DNA of 64,000 nt from Botryllus schlosseri (lineage: Eukaryota), in assembly GCA_051294905.1 (NCBI GenBank), contig CM119371.1:29514001-29578000 (forward strand). Direction: 5' to 3'. Of this stretch, positions 26,165 to 39,500 are shown one piece after another (positions within the stretch are counted from its first letter, which is position 1; each line of letters opens with the position of its first letter). The notes beneath the pieces were generated by a model. The model made no database searches, was not told where the DNA came from, and saw only the letters and a list, made by a program, of their open reading frames with translations. Both the position numbers and the translations under genes were made by a program.

Positions 26165-27212
26165 TTATGGGCAGTTTGGATATTACTAAAATTGTAATAC
26201 ATAATCGTGATGATTTAGTTACCAAATCATGAGTACCGAGCGGTTGCTGATATTAGTCGTTCACATCGGGGATGCACAGCCTTTGGAGAACCTAGATATG
26301 ACTAGCACCCTTAGACAGCTGACCGCATAAAGGATTTCTAGTAGTTGCAAAGCGCACGAATTCATCAAGAATTCAAAACGATGACGGCAAGACTTATTAA
26401 TAAAATATTCATGTGCAAAGTCAGCATTTTTATATTTAATGGATTATAGTGTTATTGCAGTCCTTATCATATCTCTCTCGAGCTCAGATCAGACGTATCT
26501 GACCAAGCTAATTAGGAACTCGCTTGGACGGTAGTACGTTGTCAAAAACTGCCACGTTCATAGTTGATGGAAGCAGTTATTTTTCCTGGGAGCAGTAGGA
26601 TATACACTGCACATCCCTGTTGATAATATAACCGAGCTGATATTTTGCTATATTTATAACAGTGATTCTTACAGTAACAGATTGTTAGAAGATATTGATT
26701 TTAGGTATTTATGTTACGCAGAAAACGTTCCAATAAGAATGCAGTATTCTCTACTGCAGAATTCCGCAATCATTTCTCGTCACTCTCATACGCCAAACTT
26801 CGCAATTCTCACGTATTGGTGAAACAAAAATGAGTGCACGCGAATAATCCGCAGCGAAAACGTTGCAAAGTGATTATGGTATGACGTAATAAACAAATGA
26901 CGTCAAAAGTTTTGCGGTATATTCTCTCATAATGCAGTATCATCGCGATTGTTGCATTATCTTCGAATATGTTTTCAATGCTCAAGTTCAAGAAGGCAGA
27001 ACGAATGTAATCGTGAGTGACCGGGATTTTTTAGTAATGGTATAGTCGCAATTGTATTCCAGCGTTTCAGACTAATCGTAATCGCATTCGATTGCATTGA
27101 TGTAGTGTAGAGTAATAGCTCCATGTATGGATAACACGATCAGCGGAAAGTTGCGTATATCAACGATAACTTTACGGTGTACTTACAGGGCTAACCATTT
27201 AATGAAGAGATA

Positions 27213-27231
27213 TGAGTCAGATCAGTATAAA
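27213..27231 (+). promoter_or_regulatory. Candidate core promoter of paralogue 2 (TGAGTCA + TATAAA)
   Basis: TGAGTCA at 27213-27219 and TATAAA at 27226-27231, about 150 bp upstream of the signal-peptide ATG; motif match only. Confidence 0.25.
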
Positions 27232-27382
27232 CGTGTGATTGCTTGAAATTTCACAATACCACAGCATCTCTAGTTCGATTGTACAGAACACTGCACGCCC
27301 CGGATCTTAAACCATTCGTGATATTTGAGAAAGTTCATCACTACGGACTCATAAGAAGCGTGGATTCGGCCCGTAACATTCG

Positions 27383-27443
27383 ATGATGTCGTCGATATGC
27401 TCTCTCGGCTTCGCGCTCATAATAGCTGTCGAATGCATACAGG
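27383..27443 (+). CDS. GPCR paralogue 2 exon 1 (signal peptide)
   Basis: MMSSICSLGFALIIAVECIQ-G|gtgagt; its phase-1 end matches the next exon. Confidence 0.7.
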
Positions 27444-27482
27444 GTGAGTCAGCCGAATAAAGCGCCCCTTACAGAAATAACT

Positions 27483-27524
<42 letters not shown>

Positions 27525-30500
27525 AAGAGTTTTTTTATTACTGCTGTAAATGCCCTAAGTGTACAGTAGCCTATGTAACACTTCTATAAACCAAGTAGAA
27601 GTGTTGCAATGGAATTAAGTAGCAGTGTCAATTTCCAAAGCACGTTGTTGAGAATTGACCGACTTTCAAGAAGACATGGCTTTCAGTCCATTTCCCATGC
27701 CTTATAACTTAAAACATCTTACTGTAACTCATCCCTAGCATTTGTGGGCAATGGACATGTGCAACTGGAAGAATATCGGCTGAAAAATTGGAATTCCCCT
27801 AAAATCTGAGTACCGTGATTTTACCCAGCCCACTAAAATACCATATATGTCAGGGTTTAAGCAGCTGTTGTGGTTTGGGGTGATGCGCAACCACACTATA
27901 GATGTTATTCTGAGTTCAGGGCACCATTTTGATATGGCATACGGCCTTGGAAATCCTCAAACCTACCTAAAACACAGCATCATTTGCAGAGGTGGTCAGT
28001 AACGAAGTACTTCTACTTTTTGAAGTACTTGAAGTAGATTTTGCCTACTCACACTACTTTTTAAGTAGTTATGATTTTAGACTACTTCTACTTCTACTTG
28101 ACAGTTTTCAGTTTCGTAGGCAAATATAAGCGTAGAATACCTACTTACTTACTTGTGAACCACCACTCCTACTTCTACTTGAGTAGAAATTCCGGCGTTA
28201 CTTCTACTTCTACTTGAGTAGCGACGGTGACTACTTTGACCACCTCTGATCATTTGTCACGATTCACCATGTAAAAGAATATAACTGTAAATGTACCGTA
28301 TCGTATCGCACAGCAACATTGTAAATATCTCATTATTCAATGTAACGTAAGAACATAACAGGGAAATTGAAAGGAAACAACCTAACAAGGAAATGGATTA
28401 ATCGGACATAAATGCAACGCCAATCAGGTGGGCGAATGGGTTGATTTCTCAAATTTCTGAAAACTTTGCCTGTGATCTTCCACGACTTGTAAGAGGCTGG
28501 CTTGCTTTTTCTGTCGTCTGGTATGTATGTACAGTACATAGCGTGGTCGGTATATAATGTTATCAGACGCGCTGTTGCTGTTACTTGACCACTATATTCA
28601 CAAATTCCTGAGCAGTCATGAAACGCGGATCACTAAGCAATTCTGAAACTGGAAGACTAGACCTGATAGTGATGGTGTTTCACAGCTGCAGCAACAATAT
28701 GAACACGATTCTGTCCCAATCAATTGAACAATCAAAAACATCACATATGTCTCTGTCGTTGAATATGTTTACAGGAGCTTTCAGAGTAACAAATTTAGAT
28801 GAACGTTGAGATGAAGATTGTACATTTTGTGCAAATTAGAAAGCACGGATGCGGGGAGTGTCGGCTGCCTGCGAATAATATATAGATGAACTCTAGCTGT
28901 AAGTTCACCTTCGTTACTTCGTGCGAGTGCAGGCTGTGTTCTAGATATATTCAGTATTATTCTTGTTGTATGATTTGAACTTTTATCATTTTTTCTTTGC
29001 CGCCAATCGTTCCTCATCTGGGACCTATGTAATCAAGATGGGAGATTGTGTCTTATAGTTTTTTAATCGTCTCAAATGAGCATTTTTGCATCAATTTTCG
29101 AAATAGCTTCAGGAGCTCCTTTCCTATCTCCCATAGCTTGTACAGTACAGCTAAAAATTCACTTTGTGATGTTGCCACATATCCTTGGTCTGCGACAATG
29201 GAAGCAAACACACTCCATTGCAGATGATAAAGAAATTTGAAGGCATCTAATTTTACCATGATCATAGAAGATGGAGATGGAGAATTGTTGGTTATACTCG
29301 GAGAACAAGAAAAAGATTGAATATAACTGCTTAAAACGTGCACTGCAGCAGCAAGTGGCCAAGTATACTTACAGAGAACTCATCTATATCTTCACAAGCA
29401 GCTGAGAATCTCCATAGCAGTGATTTTGAGAGTACACAATCTTTATCCGATAATCCATCTACATTCGCTACTCTGATAGCCACATTTAAACCAAGTCAAC
29501 GGCAGAGATCTATGCCAGGTTTTTGATGGTTGATATTCTCGAGACTGAATCTTGGTTCACATTGATGTTATGGTGGTAGAACACCGTTGGATGAGACTTC
29601 CATTCTCAGAATGGCATCGGTATCCGCATTTCATGAGTGCTCAGGAATTCGTGATTAATGGTGAAGAAGTTAAAGGTGAAGCAGAATGTATGATAAAATT
29701 AAGTATCGACCACGCTATATAGATACCAGACCACAGAAAGCAGGAAGCCTGTCTCTTAGAAGTCCTGGAAACAGGAGGATCTCCGGCAAAGACTTCAAAA
29801 TTTAGTAAAACCAGCCTTCAATCTGATTGGTATTGGAATTTGATCCAATAAATCCATTTCTTTGTTATGTTGTTTCGTTTCGTGATCCATTTCCACGTTA
29901 TGCTGTTCGTTTTCAAAAAATAATGTTGCTTTGCAAGTAGTAGTTTTGAGGATTTCTTAGGCAGTGTGCCATATGAAAATGTTGTCCTGAACTCAAAATA
30001 ATATCGATAATGTGGTTTTGCCTTACCCAAGCCATAAGAGCGAGCTGCATAAACCCTGCTATTTAATCCATTTTAGTAAGCTAGGCAAAATCGCGGCAAT
30101 CAAATTCCAGGGGAATCCCCCATTTTCAGCCGATATTCCTCCAGCTAAACACGCACATTGCACATGCATACAGAAGCAAGGTGATATAATCCACAGCTGC
30201 AACAGCAATGGGTTACGGGTTCGAGTCCGACCGAGGTCGACTCCAGAATTCCTACCTACGTGTTGGAGGTTTATATAGGCCCTTCCTCGCCATCTCATCC
30301 ATGCGAGCGGTGTCTCATAAAAAGCCTAGAATTGGGCTATGCAACAAATCGGCAGCTACAGAATAAAAATTAGGAAAATTGGCCCGATGTAAATGACCAT
30401 CGTAGTCGACAAACACCATGAATACCACAAACAAACAGATGTAAGGGATGAATTACGGAAAAAGTAGTTAAAATGCACATTCAAGCTATATGACATGGGA

Positions 30501-33500
30501 AGCAGACTTAAAGTCGGTCAATTGTGAAGACAATAACGTACAAGTATAAAACGAAACGTATGATATTAATCAACCAAATAGCCTACATAAGTAGTAAATC
30601 AAGTAAATATTTAAAAGAAGTAGTGACAGATTTCGTAATTGCAATATCCTTCATTGTTACAAACTCAGAAAATGACTACCATGGCTGGCCAAATTGGTAC
30701 ATTATTGAAACTACACTATGTTACCTTGATGTAGAGGTCATAACGCCGGTTGGCATAGCAATCTTACTCATGTAATGAGATGTATATCGACTCGAACACT
30801 ATTGTACTCTCAAACTTGACAAAATGTGACCCCAGAAAGATATGTGGGCTATTTTACTTTTAATAGTATGTATATATATTAAGGCAGTTCAAAATAAAAT
30901 TCCTTAACATTTCACTGGCTACTTGATAAAACTGTTAGGTTAGTTAAAAAAACGCTGCACACGGACTTTGGCTTCATTCCCACCAGCAGAAGCGAGATTT
31001 TTGCAGTAGAAAGTTTTGAATTTATGATTAGAAGAGATGACCGATTTCGAATTGTTGGGCGAGGCCGTTCACAATTCCATTTATGTGCCTTGGAGTCGAC
31101 TTTTATGAAAATACACCAACCAAAACTCTGTCAACAAAAGGAATTCGTGTACCACCTAAAAATAGTACATTGAACGCTCTCTCATTCACGAAATTCATGC
31201 TGGTGACGTCATATTTTGTGATGCGATTGTTGATATACAGTGTTCTTTCCAATTCTCTACTAGTTGCTGACGACTACCCCTGACGAGTGTCAGCCGAAAA
31301 TATTCGGGTTCATTTCAATATGAATATACTATTCAATTTATCATTAAAAAACAAAAAACAAAAATTTCAAACTTTTTCTGCCGACCCCATAAAATTGTTA
31401 GGCTGTCAGTAGAGATGATGCACACCAAATCTGGCTCAATTCCAACCAGTAGCAGCGAACTTATTGCAGTAGAAAAATATCTAATTCCATGATTTTATAA
31501 TAAATAATCAAAGAGTTGGTCACCGTAAATACTATATCATTCAAATCGAAATTTTTCTACTGCAATAACTTCGCTTCTAGTGGTTGGAATTGAGCCAAAT
31601 TTGGTGTACATCATCTTTACTGACAGCCTAACAATTTTATGGGGTCGGCAGATAAATTTCGACATTTTACTTTTTTGTATTACAATCATAAATTCAAAAC
31701 TTTCTACTGCACGAATCTCGCTTCTACTGATTGGAATGGGGCCAAAGTTGGTGTGCAGCGTTTTTTTTTGTCCAACTCAACAATTTTATGAAGTAGCCAG
31801 TGAAATCTGTAGGAAAAGTATTTTTTTAACAGCCCTGATATATATATTTATAAACGGAAGTGTAGTGTATGAAACAGGGGTGTCAAACATACGGCTCACG
31901 GGCAGCATCCGTCTCGCCAGACGATTTCATCCGGCCCGCGAAGCATTTCTGAGTTGATTGAAGCAATCTCATGTTATCCAGTACATTTGTAGCTGATGTT
32001 GAGATTTTTTGCAGGAAATACTTCCATTAAACATTCCTTCAAGACAGCAAATGTCCAGCATATTTATGTTCATAGACCGCATTACAACCACCGCACCAGG
32101 TTACGCCATTGTGGTTTGACTCTAGCGGCCACTCGAGCCGGTAACATCGACACCCGATTTCGTGAAGGCAGAAAGTGCAGTGCACACAGAGTTCAGAGTT
32201 TTATGGAAAGATGGACAAAAAAGTACCTATTCACATAAGCGAAAACGCCAAGGCAGAACCGTTATATGCGGTATACATGAAAAATATATTTGTTACACAA
32301 ATATATAATTCAAACATCTATGGCCGCACTGCTGTGTCACTGCCAATAGATCACCGGACTTAAGAGCAACCCGACTGGCGATTTAATAATAATGAACCAA
32401 TTTCTAACGCTAGCGTTTACAGTTAAACACCTTGTATTCCTCACAACGCATACGCAGGACTAACGCCATATTACGACTAAAGCAAAAGGAGCATAAAAAT
32501 ATGCGAACTTATATCGTCTTCAGCGCCACTATTTTGTCGGTCGTTCACTGTATCCAACCGAACAATAATCGTATCGTGCCAATGCCGTCGTTCGCGCATG
32601 AAAGAGTTGCAAGTTGCTAAAGTAAAACCCCTATGATCTTTGTATATATGCTCGATAATCAAGTATTCAAGTGAAAAGCAAGGGCAGGAGGTGACATTTT
32701 TGAATCGTTTGACTGATGTGAGACGCGAGCGATATGATGGCTGGTGTCCGTCCCGCGACCAATTTGAGTTTGACACCCCTGATCTGAAACTTACTTGGGT
32801 ACGTATTGCGAGTAGATAACACGCATTGCTCCAAAATAGAAGTAGGCCTACTTCATTGCCGACCTCTTCTGATTGAAGAACCTTGTATGAATCACGTTAA
32901 CATGCATTGTATTATTTCATCAGGACGGATATGTAAAAGATTACGATTTAAATGCAGTGACTCAAGTGACTGTCTTTACCTCGGTCACTTTTGCGACGGA
33001 CGGACACATTGCCGGTAAGAGCGCTGGTTGGTTTCCCGGAAGAGCTCAATGCGTTCACACATGTCTGGTGACCAGGGCTGCAGAGCGATAATCCCTCTAA
33101 TTTTTCACGAATCTGCGCGCACTCACCAACTCAAAGAGCGGTCCCCTGGACAAGAGTGCGTCGCAACTAAAAAAAAAACAGGAAAGGTCATCACGTTGAT
33201 TGGACTGCCGAATTACCCACTTTTCTCGTTAATTTTGTGGTGTGGACTAAAAAAGGTCATCACTTCGACTTGTCTTGTGCGCAACTTATTTTCTGTGCGC
33301 AGAGACCGTGTCAGCACTGCGCAATTTCGCACTTGCGCGGCATAGATGGAACAGTGCTGAAGAGTTGCACATATTTTTATGCCCCCCGCCCGACAATCGT
33401 AAGAATAGAAATTGCCACTTATACTCCTACTACTCCCGACTACCCAGTACCCAGACCAATATTTGCTGGACTAACTCTTTCGTACGACTGTAGATGAACG

Positions 33501-36500
33501 GAATCGCTACTCCGGTTCTTAATCGAAACTTTTACTCCGACTCCGACTGCCTAGCTGTGTTTGAAATTACTACGTAATCGGTAGCCGAGGATATCCCGCC
33601 GCAGTTCTGACTCCCAACTATTCCTGAATTATGACAATCATTCAAACCCTTTCCCACGCCCACCTACTGTAACTCAAAAGGGTGCACAACCACATGGACC
33701 TACAGCGGTGCTACAAGGAAAAACACGCTTTGAGATGTTTCCCCCATGACCAATCGTACCTCATCAGAATACCAAACTATCTTTCCTCCCCATTTCCACA
33801 TACAGGAGGTACGTTAACCTATTACAACGCCACTAGGGTCGATTTTCAATCACATAATAATATTAGAACAACAATTATCACGGGGTGTCTCTAAAAAGAC
33901 AAACGGAAATTGAAATGACTGAAGAAAGACTCCAGCAACATTTCGTATTTTTGAGTAGGGTTTCCATACGTCCTCTTTTAAGAGGATTTGTCATCATTCT
34001 CCACTTTTTGTTGAAGTGTCCTTTTATTTTGTCCTGTTATTTTTCAGAATTTTGGTTAAATATATGTCAAAATACGACTGAGATAGGAAATCAGCACTGA
34101 AGTAACGCTCCGGCGGTCATTGCGGGAGCTGAGCCGGAAAGTTGACCTTTTTTTAGTCAACCGACCCCGAAGTGCAAAGAATATAACATTTTTCAGGATT
34201 TTCCTCCGGTATTACAAATTGGAAAATTGCGAGAAGGTGTCCTCTTTTCAGATTTCCAAAATATGGTAACCCTATCTTTGAGGCTTTGCCACGTAATTTG
34301 ATCGACTCAAACTGAATAACAGGTCCGAACACGAATAAGAATCGTATACGATTACCATTAAAAATTGTGACTCCGACTCGGACTCCTGACAGTCCGTTGT
34401 TGGCAAAATTCAGCATGTGTTTAGAAACTGCGAAATGTATGCCGACAGTGTTAGCAACATGTTTCCATGAGTGCAGTAGCTTATCATAATTCGTGTAAAA
34501 TTCCCGGTAAAATACTCCCGTCGCGCTAGATCTGGTTATTTCCCAAAAATGTTTCGAACTAGGTATTCTATCCAGCAGCGCACAGAGTGTCGAAATCGAA
34601 GAAAGAGGCACTGTATCATTTTGGAGAGCCCTTTGAACATTAAAGATTCTTTGAAGCTTTTTGATCAAAAGGATTAACCAGATATATTTGTATTTGAGCG
34701 CTACAATATTAAATCTTCAGAATATTTCTTCATCGTGTCATAAATGATCATACTTTTTAATGTTGTTACCCGTAACCTCACATAATACATTCATGGTAAA
34801 GTTAATAACTTGTTTCAGTACTAAGTTTTATGTGACCAAAGATCTCCACCACTATCTCAGTTGATTTACTAGTCACTGAAAGCAATAACACCAAACCAAA
34901 TACATTAAACGTACCCGTATTGCCAGTCGATCACACCAGATGGTATGAGCCCGTGCGCGATAGTCGTTATAACAAGTTTGATTCGATCCCGAATATTACA
35001 CATACAATTATTGCGTTAATTAGTCGAATGATCCCCGGGCGCGATTGAAGCTATTTCCGATATTGAACTCCCAACTCGAAAAGACTCACCGGACATCGAA
35101 ATCTTACCTCTTGTATTCACTATCTTCCTTAAAATGTACTCGAAGGAGGGAGTAGCAGACCTGGGCCATTTTCTATAAGTGGGATTGCTGGACCAACTGT
35201 TAAGAACCGTTGATGTAAAGTGAAGAGTGACATCCAATTGCATTAAATTAGTAGGCTACTGAGACGTTGTCAGAGTCTCTTTTTGATATCTTGTACAAGT
35301 CGAGATGTGGTCACTGACAGTCATGCTAACACAAAATATATCTTTACCTATAAATTATTATTTTCAGGGATGGTAGCGATGAGTTCACGACAATACCCGC
35401 AGTGGGTTCCGGGTATGGCGCTTGTTATGGACGCGATTCAGCATACAACGGGATGGAACCATGTCGAATAAGGGACAAATATTTTTGCGATGGAAAAACA
35501 ATATGTGTTGAAGGTTGTTTAAATAGTTACTGTTTTAAATGATACATTCTCTTGCTTCAATCACATGGACGTGCTGTGTCCCGGAAACGGGCTAGAGATA
35601 TCATGATCTTACCGTGCCGTGCTGGAGTGAGTTATTCCAGGTGAAAATGCAAATGATGTTTCGGTCCAATGGCGTGAATATGTTTGCATGGATTCCGAGT
35701 AGAGGCCAACAATACTGGTTCCGAATAACTGCTACTTGTGCACCCAACAGTAACCCAAAATCCATTATAACTCTATCCGCAAGTCGTTAAAGATTCATGC
35801 GGGTAGGAATTCTCGCTCCAGACACGTCGCAATAAGTAAAAGTTTCAGTTGAGTGACAATGTCGATAATACACATTTAATAGTCAAATATAATTCTAGTT
35901 TGGGTTTTGTGAGGGAAATGCGATAGGTTGGGGTTGGGTTTGCGGCTTGACTCGTTGACTTAAAATGGAACGCGCCAATGTGTCATTGGAAACAACCCCA
36001 TTTGCGTCATCATAATGATTTACATCTCAAACGATAGAGCCAATACTTTGCAATGCGTCACCTAAATAGACGCGAGCTATATAACTTGAACGAGCTGTCA
36101 ACCAGTTGACTCGTCAGTCAGTTCATCTAACAATAGGTTGATACGGACCCGTGCATAGTGTTTAATTCTGTTATTGTGGTTACATTTTAGAAGTTCATCT
36201 CAAGTTATAGCCTATTAGGCCACCTATTGTAACCGTATAAAAGACGATTAAGTGTTTCATTTCCACAGGAACGGATGAATGCTTGTGTGGGGAGAAAAAT
36301 AAAGGTACTACTTTTTTTTTGAGATTAATGTATCTGTTTATCTGAAGTGCGGAGTAGGCCCGTGTAAATTTTACGCAGCGAACTGTATACTGATCATCAG
36401 TTTATTATGTATCAGACCGTCCGTATCAAATTGGAGACCATTGTTTTAAGTTCGAACTACAGTATCTTCAAGAGTATATCCTTAGGACCATCTTCAAATT

Positions 36501-39500
36501 GATCTTCTTTCACTGGTAGGCTATATTGAAGTCGAAATGTATATTTGGTATAAATTGAACGTATACTATCATTGCTCGGCACTTTATACCTTCTCATCGC
36601 TGCTATATGAAATTCTCGTTCAGATCATCTTGACAACATTTGCTTCCGCTGCTTAAAATCCAGCACATTCATCCCCGTTGCCAAGGTGTGCGATGGAAGG
36701 TTCGATTGTCCCGACCTGACTGACGAATGCCTTTGTCGATCACCTGAGCATCATGCGACTTGTGAACGACTAGGATGGGGTATTGAATAAAGGTTCGGCA
36801 ACTCTTCAGCAGGATGGAATATAAAAATATTTTATATAATCACAGAGGGGCAAGACCCGTATCTGCAATGCGGCGAATCAAACATTTCGAAACGGATCGA
36901 TGTCAACGCAAGGCAGATTTGCGACATGAATTACGTTACGTATGCTCCAATATTGCTCAGTACCATAGTCTGCAGTGTGATGATGGTAAAGGTTATTTCA
37001 TTTACAGGTCGGACTGCAAGGTCGTTGACAATAAAAAGCATTGCATGAGGGCCGGTGATCAAACTAATTTTATTTCACTTCAATTACGGAAATGATACTC
37101 CTGTGTAAAAACCTGTTGCATGTTACCGGTCCTATAGAATCCATCAGCGTTACTCGCAGTCCTACTCCGTAAATTCTGCCATTTATGCATTTTATTTCCG
37201 TTCAGATTATAAGAGTGCACTAGGAACCAAAAGTTGCTATCTAGGCGCAAAACGTAAGTGAATGGTATGATAGACATACTGTCGAGATTACGATTAACTG
37301 ATATCTGTGCCAATTTCGAAAATATGAAATTGTATAATGGTATCATATAAAACTAGAAATTGGAAATAACGCCATCAACATTCCAGTTAACAATTTATGG
37401 TGTCGTTCGTCGCGTACGTCGACAATATACTATCGACTAGGGATGGTGTGAACCTATGAAAGGTCCAGGTTCGTGTGAACGCGAACCTTTTTGAAAGGTT
37501 CTGTGTGAACGCGAACGTGAACCTCATGACGTCACGTGACGTCATATTGCTAATTCCAACCCTACATTTCAATGAAGTGATATCCTAAAACAATGTACAC
37601 GATACCTAACGACGACTCGGGCCGCATGATGCCGCAATGCTGAAGTACATATTGACGTTTTAAACGTCATCAAATGAATCAAGGAAAGCAATCAAATGAT
37701 ATATTAATCCCTTAAAATCAATATCTTCCGTCGCTTTGCCGACAATTTCGACGAGGACTTGCAAGGGAATATAAGCTTACGCCTCAACGGTCCAGGCCAG
37801 ACCGGAAAATGTATTCGGCGTCTGAGTATTGCTACGTTGATATTGAGCAGAGTGTAAAACAGGTTTATACTTGCTACCGACATAAACATATGAAATCAAG
37901 ATTGATCCCGTACGCCAGCTAGATTTTGTTACATCAGGCACCGATGTCAATTTCATTGATTGGTTGAATAAGCATCACTCGCTGACTACCTACACGTATT
38001 GTATTTCGCTCTTGGTGTTGTGTGATTGCGGGTCAAGCTCACAGCAGAGAGTCACTAAATATTCACAAACGGAATGCTGGATATATCGAGCAAACTTTTG
38101 TAAACAAGCAAGTAAAATTTTAGAGATTGTCAAGGTGGATGCTCGTTTAGTGCTGATTTTTTTATGCTGCCAGCGCCATGCATAGAGTGGCCCGCAGTTT
38201 AAATGCAATAAATGGCAACCAAAGATGTTATAATGAAGTGAAAATTGTAATATATGAAAAAGGTTCACAGTGCAGAACCTACCAAGGTTCGTTTGTGAAC
38301 GTGAACCTCTAAATTTCTGAGGTTCACACACAGAACGCGAACGTGAACCTCGCGTTCACACCATCCCTACTATCGACACAATCCAAGCAATATTCAACTC
38401 TGTATTGATCCCGCGGCCCCAAGTCGAAATCAGTGCTTCGTAATCGGGAGAATAACGCGGTGGTCGTAAGCCAATTATCACAAGCGCGATTCCATTGATT
38501 CTACGGCAGGGGTCAGCATTAGAATCCCTGTGAAAGCAAATTCATTGTTCCACGCAGAGTTGAAAACCCAGCTTTCGTCGTTAATGTCCTGTTCCATCTT
38601 GCGATCTTTTCAAGCCAGTCATGTTGAGTCGTTATTGTAACACTCAAAAGAATAAGTTACCATTGAACAAAACAGAGACGGTGCGATAAAAGGACCAAGT
38701 AGATAAATTGATATTTAATAATACCATGTCAGTAGTAATTTCTTTCGTGATGAAAGATACTGCGGACCACAAAATATACGTCTGCGGGCCGCGTGCTGAG
38801 AACCCCTGGTCTAGGTTATTCAGATTTGAAGCGTCTAGGATAGTACAATTGGTGCCCTAACTTTCCGTATACTACTTACCATAATCTTATCAAGGTTAAG
38901 GATAGGAAAACTACGGCTAGGCGCATATATAAAAAGAGAAAAGATTATAGGAAACACTGATTCGAAGCCTCAATCAATTGTTTGGCGAATACACTTCGAA
39001 TTGTATATTTACTGTACTATTTTCCGTTTAGGTTTAGAGAATACTTATCAGTGTTTGTATGATACACACTCAGCATCATATTCCACATGCCTCCGTGACA
39101 AGCTACATTGCAAAGTTTTTCTGGACAACCATAAGTGAGTAGGCATATAAGCTAGAAGTCAATGATTCGTCGGATACTAGAATACTATTACGGTCATGCG
39201 CTTTTGAAATGACTGGAGCCTCTCGGTTGAGGGTGGTAATTTACTGAAGAGTAGGGAGAAATCATAGTTGGAGTGAGGTTATTTACTAGGGATGGTGTGA
39301 ACGTGAGCTTCATGTTCGCGTCCGGTGTGTGAACCTCTGAATTTTGGAGGTTGGGATTTACAAACGAACCTTGGTAGGCTCCGCACTGTGAACCTTCTTC
39401 ATGTATTGCAATTTTGCATGTCATACATTGCATGTCTTTGGTTGAATTGTTTTGCATTTCAACTTCGGGACACTGTCCCAATGGCACTGGCAGCATGAAA

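Noticed and set aside
27987..28248. Short periodic repeats suggestive of a CRISPR-like array
   Set aside because: They are irregular subterminal repeats within a TIR/TSD-bounded MITE, with no repeat-spacer structure and in a eukaryotic context.
32432..32620. ORF with signal-peptide-like MRTYIVFSATILSVVHC just upstream of the first LDLa exon
   Set aside because: It lies inside the TIR element 31875-32781 and has no convincing donor; 27383-27443 gives a better signal peptide with gtgagt in the right phase.
36416..36450. Extra micro-exon DRPYQIGDHCF
   Set aside because: It would break phase; 36304 already joins 36624 in frame.
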